A stretch of DNA of 64,000 bases from Malacoraja senta (Eukaryota): NCBI GenBank assembly GCA_038087875.1, contig CM075991.1, positions 9,240,001 through 9,304,000 of the forward strand. The letters are read 5' to 3'. The notes below the pieces were generated by a model. The model had not been told where the DNA came from, searched no databases, and saw only the letters and a program-made list of their open reading frames with translations. Below, in pieces: positions 11,869-22,625 of this stretch. The position numbers were made by a program, and so were the translations under genes. How positions within the stretch are numbered: the first letter of the stretch is position 1; every line of letters begins with the position of its first letter.

Positions 11869-12495
11869 GACCACAATGGTGTGCTTCAGCCCTATACCCT
11901 GTAGACCCGAAACGTCACCCATTCCTTCGCTCCATTGATGCTGCCTCACCCGCTGAGTTTCTCCAGCATTTTTGTCTACCTTCGATTGTTCCAGCATCTG
12001 CAGTCCCCTCGTAAACGAATCAGAGGCTAGAATCAGTTCAGTTCAGTTTAGTTTATTGTCACGTGTACCGAGGTACAGTGAAAAGCTTTTTGTTGCGTGC
12101 TAACCAGTCAGCAGAAAGACAATGCATGATTACAATCGATCCAAAGTTACAACAAAGTTGGGATTGAAGCTAAGCTGGTAATAGAAGATGATGATCGAAT
12201 GTGGAGGAGTCACTGTGGTGGATGTTCATGTTGAAATGTATTTTGTGTGTTCCGCTGCTTTTGATTTGGATGACTGACTTGGCAAATGAAATTCCTCGTA
12301 TCTTGCAAAACATACTTGCTAATAAAGTATTGTTGTGATTGTGATTGATGCTGGAGTAACTCAGCAGGTCAGGTGGCATCTCTGGAGGAAAAAGAGTAGG
12401 TGACATTTCAGATTGGAGCCTTCTTTAGACTTTCTCCAGAGATGCTGCCGGACCCGCTGAGTTACTCCAGTGTTTAGTGTCTATCTTCGGTGTAA

Positions 12496-13176
12496 AGGGC
12501 CTGTCCCACTTACATGTCCTTGGCACGCAAATTACGCGACCTCGTGGTCGCGTTGAGGCGCACGGGCATCGTATGGCCGCGCGGGGCCGGTCCCACTGAG
12601 AAGCGCGGAGGGGTATGTAGTTGTGCGCGACATCGCGCGGGGATCCGAAATTTTTGTAGCGAACGAAATCTTCGCTCGCCAACGGCCTGTCGCGTAACTG
12701 ATGGTCAAAGTGGGACAGGCCCAAGGCCCTGGCGCGACGCAACGTCTCACCTCCAACAGCAGCAGAAGCAGGCAAACGATCGCCGAGCTCGGCCTGGGGC
12801 TCACGGCCGTTGTAGTCAGGATCCGCCCCCACTCCTACTCCCAGAGCGGGGCCAAGAAAATTGAAGATGGACACAAAGCTGGGGTAACTCAGCGGGACCG
12901 GCAGCATCTCTGGAGAGAAGCAATGGGTGACGTTTCGGGTCAAGACCCTTCTTTCAGACTGAAGAAGGGTCTCGACCCGAAACATCATCCATTCCTTCTC
13001 TCCAGAGATGCTGCCGGTCCCGCTGAGTTACTCCAGCTTTGTGTCCATCTTCAAATGACGTCACACGCTCCAGACGGCTGTCCGCACGCATGAAATCCCA
13101 CGCGACCTTCGCGGGACCGTCGCGTCTCAACGCGACCACGAGGTCGCGTAATTTGCATGTAAGTGGGACAGGCCCT
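12496..13176. mobile_element. Composite Harbinger-type MITE inside a PLE tail, itself containing a PLE inverted unit (12861-13054)
   Basis: TIR AGGGCCTGTCCCACTTACATG, TAA TSD at 12493-12495 and 13177-13179; internal TIR-like copies at ~12583 and 12710. Confidence 0.8.
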
Positions 13177-13339
13177 TAAGCCAGCATCTGCAGCTCCTTC
13201 CTACACACCAGAAGATGGTGATCAAGTAAGGCAAAGAGAAATGTTGCAGAGCAGTGGCAGGATCATGACAGCCAGATTATATCAGACATGGGCAGAGTAC
13301 ACATGCCTTAAGAGTGTCCTGACAAATAGACTTAGAGAA

Positions 13340-13860
13340 AGGAAAAATGATGAGATGAGATGAAATGGTTCTTATTCTGAATGTGTGCACCATTTTTTAA
13401 CAAGATCTATCTTGATGGCACAAATAAAGGTAGATGTGTAATCGCCAGGTGACCAGGGCTGGGGACAGAATATGCAGTGGTATTTACTCTAATAGTTTGT
13501 AAAGGAAGACAGATGAGATGGAAGTGTTAACAAGTAATGAGATTATGACAGTGGTGAAGGATGATATTGGCTCAGAGACTCAAGATGTGGAATCAGTTTG
13601 CTTGGAGATAAGAAACAGTGAGGGTTAGAAGTCTATGCTGGTGTGATCAATCAACACTGAATCAGCAGCAATAATGTAGGAAAGAGTATAAATCATGAAA
13701 TATTAGGAGCTTCTCGGAAAGGTATTGAAACATTAATAGGTGTATTAAATTATCATTCAGATTGGATGCATTAACTTGGAAAGAGTATTTCTTTTTTATC
13801 AAGTATCAACTTGGCAAAACTTGGAAATGGACCAACTTGGAGAAGAGGTATTTTAGATCG
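13340..13860 (+). mobile_element. Decayed CR1 ORF2 endonuclease fragment
   Basis: DDIGSETQDVESVCLEIRNSEG*KSMLV resembles the CR1 APE motif VES.WVE.RN..G; stops and frameshifts present. Confidence 0.6.
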
Positions 13861-14143
13861 ATTTACAGGATTTCGGGTTTAGAAGAATGAAGGGGGATCA
13901 GGTTTAAAGTTTAAATGAATGAGGAGGGGATCTCATTGAAACCTATCGGATAATGAAATGCCTAGATGTAGTTTAGTTTCGAGATACACCGTGGAAATAG
14001 GCTCTTCAGCCCACCGAGTCCGTTCCGACCAGCGATCACACTCCGCACACTAGTACCATCCTACACACTAGGGACAATTTACAATTTTTACAGAAGCCAA
14101 TTAACCTACAAATTATAAATGGGATTACTGAGTGCCAGAGTAA

Positions 14144-14452
14144 AGGGCCTGTCACACTTTCCCGAGTTACTCACGAATTCTCCCGAGTTTTCCCCTTGAT
14201 TCAAACTCGGAGATGCCCGCCTTAGGTACTCGGGGGCTATTTTTTTTACTCGTGGACATTTTTCAACATGCTGAAAAAACGTCCCGACTTACCTGATGCC
14301 CCGAGTATCTACGGCTGGCATAACGAGCCGCTACGAAATATCTACGGACTCCTACGACCTCTTACGGACTCACTACGGACATTCTCCGAGTTTGAATCAA
14401 GGGGAAAACTCAGGAGAATTCATGAGTAACTCGGGAAAGTGGGACAGGCCTT
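14144..14452. mobile_element. Harbinger-type MITE with ~65-bp TIRs
   Basis: AGGGCCTGTCACAC...GTGGGACAGGCCTT with long subterminal inverted repeats; TSD TAA/TAC. Confidence 0.8.
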
Positions 14453-14539
14453 TACCATCTCGCATGTGAGGCCACATTTACATTTTTTTAGAAATGGTAC
14501 AGGAAAGACAAACTAGAACTGTTGCTTCAATTATAGAAC

Positions 14540-14830
14540 AGAAAGTGCTGGAGTAACTCAGCAGGTCAGGCAGCATCCCTGGAGATCATGGATAGTTGAT
14601 GTTTCTGGTCGGGACTCTTCTTCTTCCTCATGAGTCTGACGAAGGGTTCCAACCCGAAACTATCGCCTACAGTCCGAAGAATCCCAATTCAAATAGATGC
14701 CTATAGGATGAAGAAGGGACCTGACCCTAAAGGTTGCCTATCCATGTCCTCCAGAGATGCTGCCTGACCCTCGGAGTCACTCCAGAACAGTACGCTCTAC
14801 ACAAGCCTCCAACATCTACAGATTTCAGTG
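14540..14830. mobile_element. Older PLE inverted unit with three tandem hammerhead-like cores
   Basis: Degenerate arms; cores within 14636-14741. Confidence 0.6.
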
Positions 14831-15284
14831 TCTCCAACTGTTCCTTCAAGTCCAGTTTTAACCTCTCAGTGTCCGGCTGACCAATGTTATCGCAACTAAA
14901 TTAGACCTGGCCCCCAGTCACCAATCCTGTATTAATGAAGTCATTAACAGGTTGTAAACTGCAGGAGATTTGACATCCCTTGGCTGATTACACTCAGTGC
15001 AGAAGCTGCAAAAAACATTCCAAATGTTGCCTTGGCAACTCGTTTATATCGGACCCATTTGTTTCAATTTAATTCAGCTAATTAAAAGTGCAGCAAGAGT
15101 CATCGTAACTGACAAAGGACAAGGTCACTTAAAGCATGCGCTGGCTTTGGCTTGAAGGAAGCCCCATATTTTACCAAAGGCCAAACACAAATGGCAAAAA
15201 AAATCCAAAGATAGACACAAAAAGCTGGACTAACTCAGCAGGTCAGGCAGCATCTCTGGAGAGGAATAGGTGACGTTTCGAGTC

Positions 15285-16673
15285 GCATCAATTATACCAG
15301 TGCCCAAGAAGAGTAAGGTGACGTGCCTCAATGATTATCGACCTGTGGCACTAACGCCTGTGGTGATGAAGTGCTTTGAGAGGTTGATCATGACGCAGAT
15401 CAACTCTTACCTCGACAAAAACCTGGACCCACTGCAGTTCGCTTACCGCCACAACAGATCAACGGTGGATGCGATCTCGCTGGCCCTCCACTCCGCTCTG
15501 GACCACTTGGACAACAAAAACTCATATGTCAGGCTGTTATTCATCGATTACAGCTCGGCATTTAACACAATCATCCCCTCCAAGCTGGTTACCAAACTCG
15601 CAGAACTGGGTCTCTGCGCATCCCTCTGCAATTGGATCCTCGACTTCCTCACTCTCAGACCACAGTCTGTTCATATTGGTGGAAATGTGTCAGACTCGAT
15701 AACAATTAGCACAGGAGCACCTCAAGGCTGCGTGCTCAGCCCCCTGCTGTACTCACTATACTCATGACTGCGTAGCCGGACACAGTGCGAACTCCATCAT
15801 CAAGTTCGCTGACGACACCACTTTTGTGGGACGTATCACTGATGGGGATGAGTCAGAGTATAGAAGAGAGATCGAGCAACTGTCCATATGGTGCCAGCAC
15901 AATAACCTGGCCCTCAACACCAGCAAAACCAAGGAACTGATTGTGGACTTTGGAAGGAGTAGGATGGGGACCCACAGTCCCGTTTATATCAACGGGTCGA
16001 TGGTTGAAAGGGTCAAGAGCTTCAAATTCCTGGGCGTGCACATCTCTGAAGATCTTTCCTGGTCCGAGAACACTGATGCCATTATTAAGAAAGCACATCA
16101 GCGCCTCTACTTCCTGAGAAGATTACGGAGAGTCGGTTTGTCAAGGAGGACTCTCTCTAACTTCTACAGGTGCACAGTAGAGAGCATGCTGACCGGTTGC
16201 ATCGTGGCTTGGTTCGGCAACTTGAGCGCCCAGGAGCGGAAAAGACTACAAAAAGTAGTAAACATTGCCCAGTCCATCATCGGCTCTGACCTCCCTTCCA
16301 TCGAGGGGATCTACCACAGTCGCTGCCTCAAAAAGGCTGGCAGCATCATCAAGGACCCACACCATCCTGGCCACACACTCATCTCCCTACTACCTTCAGG
16401 TAGAAGGTACAGGAGCCTGAAGACTGCAACGACCAGGTTCAGGAATAGCTACTTCCCCACAGCCATCAGGCTATTAAACCTGGCTCGGACATAACACTGA
16501 ACTTTATTAGCCAATACTGTTATTTGCACTTTATCAGTATATTGATTCATGTGTGTATATATTTATAGAATGCCTTGTAGTCAATGCCTACTATATTCTG
16601 TTGTGCTGAAGCAAAGCAAGAATTTCATTGTCCTATCAGGGACACATGACAATAAACTCACTTGACTTGACTT
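15285..16673 (+). mobile_element. Rex1/Babar-clade LINE, 5'-truncated RT region with one frameshift
   Basis: [53 protein letters not shown]; frameshift near 15760; stop at 16494; tail aataaactca(cttga)n. Confidence 0.9.
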
Positions 16674-16940
16674 CTTCGGGGGAGAGGGAAACGAGAGACA
16701 TGAAAAGGTACGTCGAAAAACGGAATGGAAGGTAAGCCAGCAACGATGATCGCGGAACGGTGGAGCCCACAATGGTCCATTGTTGGCTGTGGAGAAGGTG
16801 ATAATGAGTGATACAAACAGTGAAACTCCACAGGACGACAGTGAAACCAGTACGATGACTAGGGTGGGGGAGGGACGGAGGGAGGGGGGGATGCAAGGGT
16901 TACTTGAAGTTAGAGAAACTCAACATTCATACCGCTGGGT
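16674..16940 (-). mobile_element. Penelope-like element 3' region (continues at 15208-15284)
   Basis: Reverse complement ends the ORF as PSGMNV(E/D)FSNFK* (one extra base), typical of a PLE GIY-YIG C-terminus, followed by pyrimidine-rich UTR. Confidence 0.75.
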
Positions 16941-17285
16941 ATGAATTTATTCATACTTTTTTTTGCCATGTAAAGCAATTTGCAGATATTTGTTTTTACA
17001 GCTTGATGCCTCCTTCAGGAGGATCTCGACACACTTCCCATACATTGCTGGGTATTTATGGTTGCAGCAACTGTTGTTCGACATGTAACAATGGCCTTAA
17101 ATAATCTGGGGAGGAGCTCTGTTAATGGAGGTACTGGTTGTGGAATATATCTTGGTTGTTTGTCGAATTCCTTGTTATGATCCTATAGGCACGGAGAATC
17201 CTATGCATGGAGAATTCTGTTTGATGTTTAGTTACAAGAAAGAGGAGAAGTTCTTTGAGTTCCTCAATCTATTTAATAAGATTCT

Positions 17286-17599
17286 TATTATTATTATCGA
17301 GTCCACACGCAAGATTAGACAATAGACTATAGACAATAGACAATAGGTGCAGGAGTAGGCCATTCGGCCCTTCGAGCCAGCACCGCCATTCAATGTGATC
17401 ATGGCTGATCATCCCCAATCAGCACCCCGTTCCTGCCTTCTCCCCATATCCCCTGAGATACAGCCTGCCAGAGCTGAACGCACCTCTCAGCATCTGCATT
17501 CAATGGTGTCTGTCTTGTCTCTTCTTCTGCTTCTTGTGCGTGGTGGTGGAAAGATTGGTGGAAACAGGGCCGTGACGTGAACGCTCTTCCCTTGACCCC
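17286..17599 (-). mobile_element. Short non-autonomous retroelement with 5' HDV-like ribozyme, copy A (interrupted by CR1 tail ~17316-17456)
   Basis: TSD aataagattct at 17275-17285 and 17600-17610; (TAA)n 3' tail; homologous to 42443-42612. Confidence 0.8.
17548..17599 (-). ncRNA. Minimal HDV-like self-cleaving ribozyme motif, copy A
   Basis: GGGGTC-AA-GGGAAGA-GCG-TTCACGT-CAC-GGCCCT-G-TTTCCA-CCAA-TCTTTCC: P1 with opening G.U, P2, P3 (one mismatch), L3 TYCHCGY, J4/2 CNRA. Confidence 0.7.
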
Positions 17600-18249
17600 A
17601 ATAAGATTCTGATGCATTAGAACAGAACAGGGCGGCACGGTGGCACAGCGGTAGAGTTGTCGACCCTAGACGTCACCCAATCCTTCTCTCCAGAAATGCT
17701 GCCTGACCCGCTGATTTACTCCAGCATTTTGTGTCTGTCTTCGGTTTAAACCAGCATCTGCACTTCCTTCCTCCACACAAGCTGAATCCCTTGCTTAGAA
17801 TGCCAAGGTCGCCTTATTTCCTCTGCCTATAAATCTATACAAAAAAACATCCAAACACTTCAATTAGATTCCACCCTGTAACCCATTTGTGCACGACTGT
17901 TATTACGCAATCTATCTGAACCTCTTAATTACATTCAAGCCTGTACCTCAACTGTCCTTCTGCACATAAATTACGTAAACTCCCCTGATTACAGCCCCAT
18001 TTGCACCAAGGATCTGACACTCTGCACATATAATTTATCTTGGACAGTCCATGAATTATCAGGAGTGCAGTTATATCTGATGCGCTACAGTTGGTGCTCA
18101 TGCATTTTCATTAACAAACAGAGTGGAATAATTTCTGACATTACAGGAGTGGCTGCAATTCAAGAAAAACACTATCGGCTGTTAAGTGGTTTGGTTTATG
18201 CTAAGGTCATGAAAAGAATTGTTTTTCGTTTATCTGTCTGCACTGCATT

Positions 18250-18972
18250 GTAGTTTAATTTAGTTTAGCTTAGAGATCCAGCGCAGAAACAGGCCCTTCG
18301 GCCCACCGAGTCCGTGCCGGCCAGCGATCCGCGCACGTTAGCACAAGCCTATACACGCTCAGGATGATTTACACTTATACCAAGTATACAAACCAAAGCC
18401 AATTAACCTACAAACCTGTACGTCTCTGGAGTGTGGGAGGAAACCGAGGATTTTGTAGAAAACCCACGCAGGTCACGGGGAGAACGTACAAACTCCGTAC
18501 AGACAGCACCCGCCGACCAGCCATCCCTGCACACTGACACTATCCTACACTATCCTATCCTCATCAGTCTGAAATAGGGTCTCGACCCGAAACGTCGCCT
18601 ATTTCTTCTCTCCATAGATGCTGCCTCACCCGCTGAGTTCCTCCAGCATTTTTTGGCTACCTACACACACTAGTTTAGTTTATTTTATTTTATTGTCACG
18701 TGTACCGAGGTACAGTGAAAAGCTTTCATTGCGTGCTAACCAGTCAGCAGAAAGACAAGACATTTGCGCCATTTGCAAAGGGATAATTCACAATTTTATC
18801 GAAGCCTACAGACTTGTACGTCTTTGGTGTGTGGGAGGAAACCGGAGCGCCCGGAGAAAACACACGCAGGTCATGGAGAGAACGTACAAACTCCTTACAG
18901 ACAGCGCCCATGGTCACGATCGATCTCGTGTCTCTGGCGCTGTAAGGCAGCAACTCTAACGCTGCGCCACCC
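18250..18972. mobile_element. Cluster: two V-SINE pieces (minus), PLE end (18563-18663), Rex1-type tail (18672-18760)
   Basis: Matches families seen elsewhere in the window. Confidence 0.7.
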
Positions 18973-19259
18973 ATTCAATGTACATTGTAGATTTCTAGAT
19001 TTCTATCGAATGGATCTGCCATTTAGGCCTCTCTTTAAAAGAAGCACGGTTGATATCTCAGGATGCGGCGGGATCGTTCACACAGCGGCACTTTTTTGAG
19101 TGGCTGATTCTCAAATCACTCCCTTGGGACGAATCTCTTTGCAAACGGAGAAATGAAGAGTTGCCTTTCTCTGGAACTTTGTGCAGCATCTCAGAGTGAT
19201 CTTCAGCAAATGAAGACTACTAAAGTCAAATTATGGCCCCAATGAAATTAAGGGAGAAA

Positions 19260-19690
19260 ACCCAATCTCCCTCGCCCCCCCCTCCCCCGATTATTTTTTC
19301 TCAATCTCCTCAGTGTCCCATCTGAACATGGACCCATTTCTCTCACTATTCTGCCCCCTTTCCTCTCCACCCCTCTCCACCTCATCCCCTTCCATCACTA
19401 TCCCTTCCACTGGCTTCATGTTCCACTCCTCTTTATCTTACAGCTTTTTGTCTGTCTTTGGGCCTTTGGGCCTTTGTCTACTGATCTGCCAATCTACAAC
19501 CCCCCCCCCCTCCCCTCTCCACCACCACACCTGTATCCACCTATCACTTTCCAGGCTTTATACCGCCCCCACCACTTCTCCAGCTTTCTACCCCCCCCCC
19601 CACTTCCATTGGGGTACCGACCTCACGTATACATGTCTACCAGAGCTGCTGCCTGACCCGTAGAGTTACTCCAGCACTTTGTATTTTTCT
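19260..19690 (+). mobile_element. Degenerate PLE 3' UTR / terminus
   Basis: C-rich UTR ending gctgcctgacccg..gagttactccagcac. Confidence 0.55.
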
Positions 19691-19775
19691 TTGAAGAACA
19701 AGACCTCAATTTATAGAACATATCCTACAACCTGAAAACCCCAAAGTGTAATAGTTTAGTTTTAGCTTTAGCTAA

Positions 19776-20510
19776 AAGGCCTGTCTCACGGGTCTGCGGT
19801 CATTGGCGGCGAAACAGGAAGAATCTACCGCTCCTGGGCCGCCATAGACCGCACACTCGGTCAAACGCACAATTCCGGGGCCGTGCGGCGTTGTTCCCAA
19901 CACCGCACGGTGCTAAAATAAAACCAACACTGTTCAAAAAACTTTTTCTACCGCACAGCCGCCGCCAGTGTGGCACGAGCGCCGTGCGTCGAACTTGCAC
20001 CGCCACAGCCGCCGCCAGTGTGGCACGAGTGCGGCACGGCTGCCGCCACAGCCGCCGCCAGTGTGGCACGAGCGCCGTGCGTCGAACTTGCACCGCCACA
20101 GCCGCCGCCAGTGTGGCACGAGCGCCGTGCGTCGAACTTGCACCGCCACAGCCTCCACCAGTGAGGCACGAGCGCCGTGCGTCGAACTTGCACCGCCACA
20201 GCCTCCGCCAGTGAGGCACGACCGCCGCCACAGCCTCCGCCAGTGAGGCACGTGTGCGGCACGGCCGCCGCAACAGCGCCGCGATCAGCACGGCCGCCGC
20301 CACAGCCCCGCAGATCCGAAATGATGTCATCGCAGTCGGCCCGCCCTTTTTTTTTACTTACCGCAAGCTCGTGGGACCAGCCGCACTTAAATCACTCGGC
20401 CCCCGCGCAGCACCCGTGCGGCGCTCCCGTGGCATAGGCTCGGCGCTCTCGCCGTTGCCGTGCGGTCCCCTCTACCGGCGACGCCGCGCTTCACCGCCGA
20501 TGACCGCAAC
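19776..20510. mobile_element. Harbinger-type MITE family D with internal 50-bp minisatellite (19954-20250); right TIR lost
   Basis: TAA + AAGGCCTGTCTCAC; homologous to 61389-61993; unit starts at 19954, 20004, 20047, 20097, 20147 and 20197. Confidence 0.8.
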
Positions 20511-20764
20511 ACCTTCGGCCCACTGAGTCCGCGCCGACCAGTGATCATATAGTTGGACCATTCGGCTCATCGCGTCTACTCTGCCATTCAATCATGGACG
20601 ATCTATCTTTCCCTCTCAACCTCAATCTCTTGCCTTCTCCCCATAACCTTTGACATCTGTACCAATCAAGAACCTGTCGGTCTCCACTTTAAAAAATATC
20701 CAATGACTTGGGCTGCTCAGCCATCTGAGGCAATGAATTTCACAGATTCACCACAGATTCACAG

Positions 20765-21084
20765 GGCGCAGCGGTAGAGTTGCTGCCTTACAGCGCTTGC
20801 AGCACTGGAGTCCCAGGTTCGATCCCGACTACGGGTGCTGCCTGTACGGAGTTTGTACGTTCTCCCCGTGACCTGCATGGGTTTTCTCCGAGATCTTCAG
20901 TTTCCTCGCACACTCCAAAGACGTACAGGTTTGCAGGTTAATTGGCTTCGGTATCAATGTAAATTGTCCCTAGTGTGTGTGTGTGTGTGTAGGATAGTGT
21001 TAATGTACGGGGTACGCTGGGTCGGTGCGGACCCGGTGGGCCGAAGGGCCTGTTTCTGCGCTGTATCTCTAAACGGAACTAAAC
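20765..21084 (+). mobile_element. V-SINE
   Basis: A/B boxes, V-domain, tail. Confidence 0.85.
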
Positions 21085-21514
21085 TCTGGCCATAGAGCTT
21101 CCTCCTCGTCTTCTTTCTGAAGAGATCAAGTGATCATTGCCACATGGCCATTTTCTGGACCTTGCCCTGTGGAATTGTCTGCCACATTTCCAAGTTAATT
21201 TATAATGAAACTGGCAAATAAAAAACCATTACTGGCAGTCAATAATCTTGCAAGTTCCAAAAAAATATTCATAGCTCAAATGGGCTGTGTTATTCAGTGC
21301 TGCATGCCAGTGGCAAAATATTTACTCTAGGTGTTTAGTGTTAAATTGCTGTGTGATTAGCTCTCTTTAACTCTCTCCCTATCTGTGAATCCGAATGCAC
21401 TTTGGCAAATAAAGAAATCAAAATAACTTCATTGTGTGCAATCCACTTTGAGATATTCTGACATTGTGTGAGACTTTTTATAATAGGAGGCCATTTCTTA
21501 GAGTCATAAAGTGA

Positions 21515-22260
21515 ACATAATCATACATTATTAGCCAAGTATGTTTTGCAACATACGAGGAATTTCATTTGCCATACAGTCGTCATATCAATAAAAAGCA
21601 ACAGAACACACAAAATACATTTTAACATAAACATCCACCACAGTGACTCCTCCACATTCCTCACTGTGATGGAAGGCGAAAAAAAGTTCAATCTCTTCCC
21701 TTCTTTGTTCTCCCGCGGTCGAGCCTTCCGTTGATGGTGCGATCTTGGCTCCCGTAGCCGCCGATCAGGCCCTCCACGTCGGGGAGATCAAGCTCCTGCA
21801 TCAGGGGGGGGGGGGAATCTCAGCTCCCCTGCGCCGGGCGATCGGACCCCGGGTCGGGGCTGGTTGAAACCTTCTGCGTTGTTCGGAGCTCCCGACATTG
21901 GTCTCTGCCCGAGACTGGGAGCTCCTCGATGGAAATCCACAGGCCGCAGTTGGAGTGTCGATCCCAGGCAAGGGATCGGCTCCGATGGTAAGTCCACTTC
22001 CCCCGTGGTGGGGCTCAAAGTCCGTCCTGAGCAAGGCCTCCAGCTCCATGATGTTAGGCCGCAGAATGACCAGAGATACGAAAACCTCCAGCAAGGTAAG
22101 AGATGGGTGTTTCCCCCGATCCCCCCTGCCACCCCCCACATAACACAAACCAGGGAACATTAACATAAACTTTTCATACACACTAAAAATAACAACAAAA
22201 AAAGCCGTAAATCTTGCAAGACTGTTGGCGAGTCTGTCATCGGCGACGGCGATACCCGGT
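21515..22260 (-). mobile_element. Unclassified non-coding retroelement (GC-rich body, aataaa + microsatellite tail)
   Basis: Shares tgcggcctaacatcatggag and the tail ccttccatcacagtg..gcaaaacatacttggctaata with 26708-28200 and 12200-12347. Confidence 0.6.
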
Positions 22261-22625
22261 GGAAAGCTATGATACCGCGTGGAAACAGGTCCTTCGGCCC
22301 AACCTGCCCCCACCGGCCAACATGTCCCAGCTACACTAGTCCCACCTGCCCGCGTTTGGTCTATATCCCTCCAAACCGGTTCTATCCATGTACCTGTCTG
22401 TTTCTTTAATGTTGGAATAGTCCCATCCTCAACTACCTCCTCTGGTAGCTCGTTCCATACACCAACCACCCTTTGTGTGAAAAATCTACCCCTCAGATTC
22501 CTATTCAATCTCTTCCCCTTCACCTTAAACCTATGTCCTCCGATCCTCGATTCACCTACTCTGGGCAAGATCTACCCGATCTATTCCTCTCTGTTCTTCT
22601 CTTGGCTCAGAGGACAACATCAGTG

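Noticed and set aside
19800..20526. Several overlapping Ala/Arg-rich ORFs
   Set aside because: Stop-poor, GC-rich MITE repeat; no transposase motifs
21801..22568. 255-aa ORF
   Set aside because: Chance read-through across a CR1 tail and an unrelated repeat
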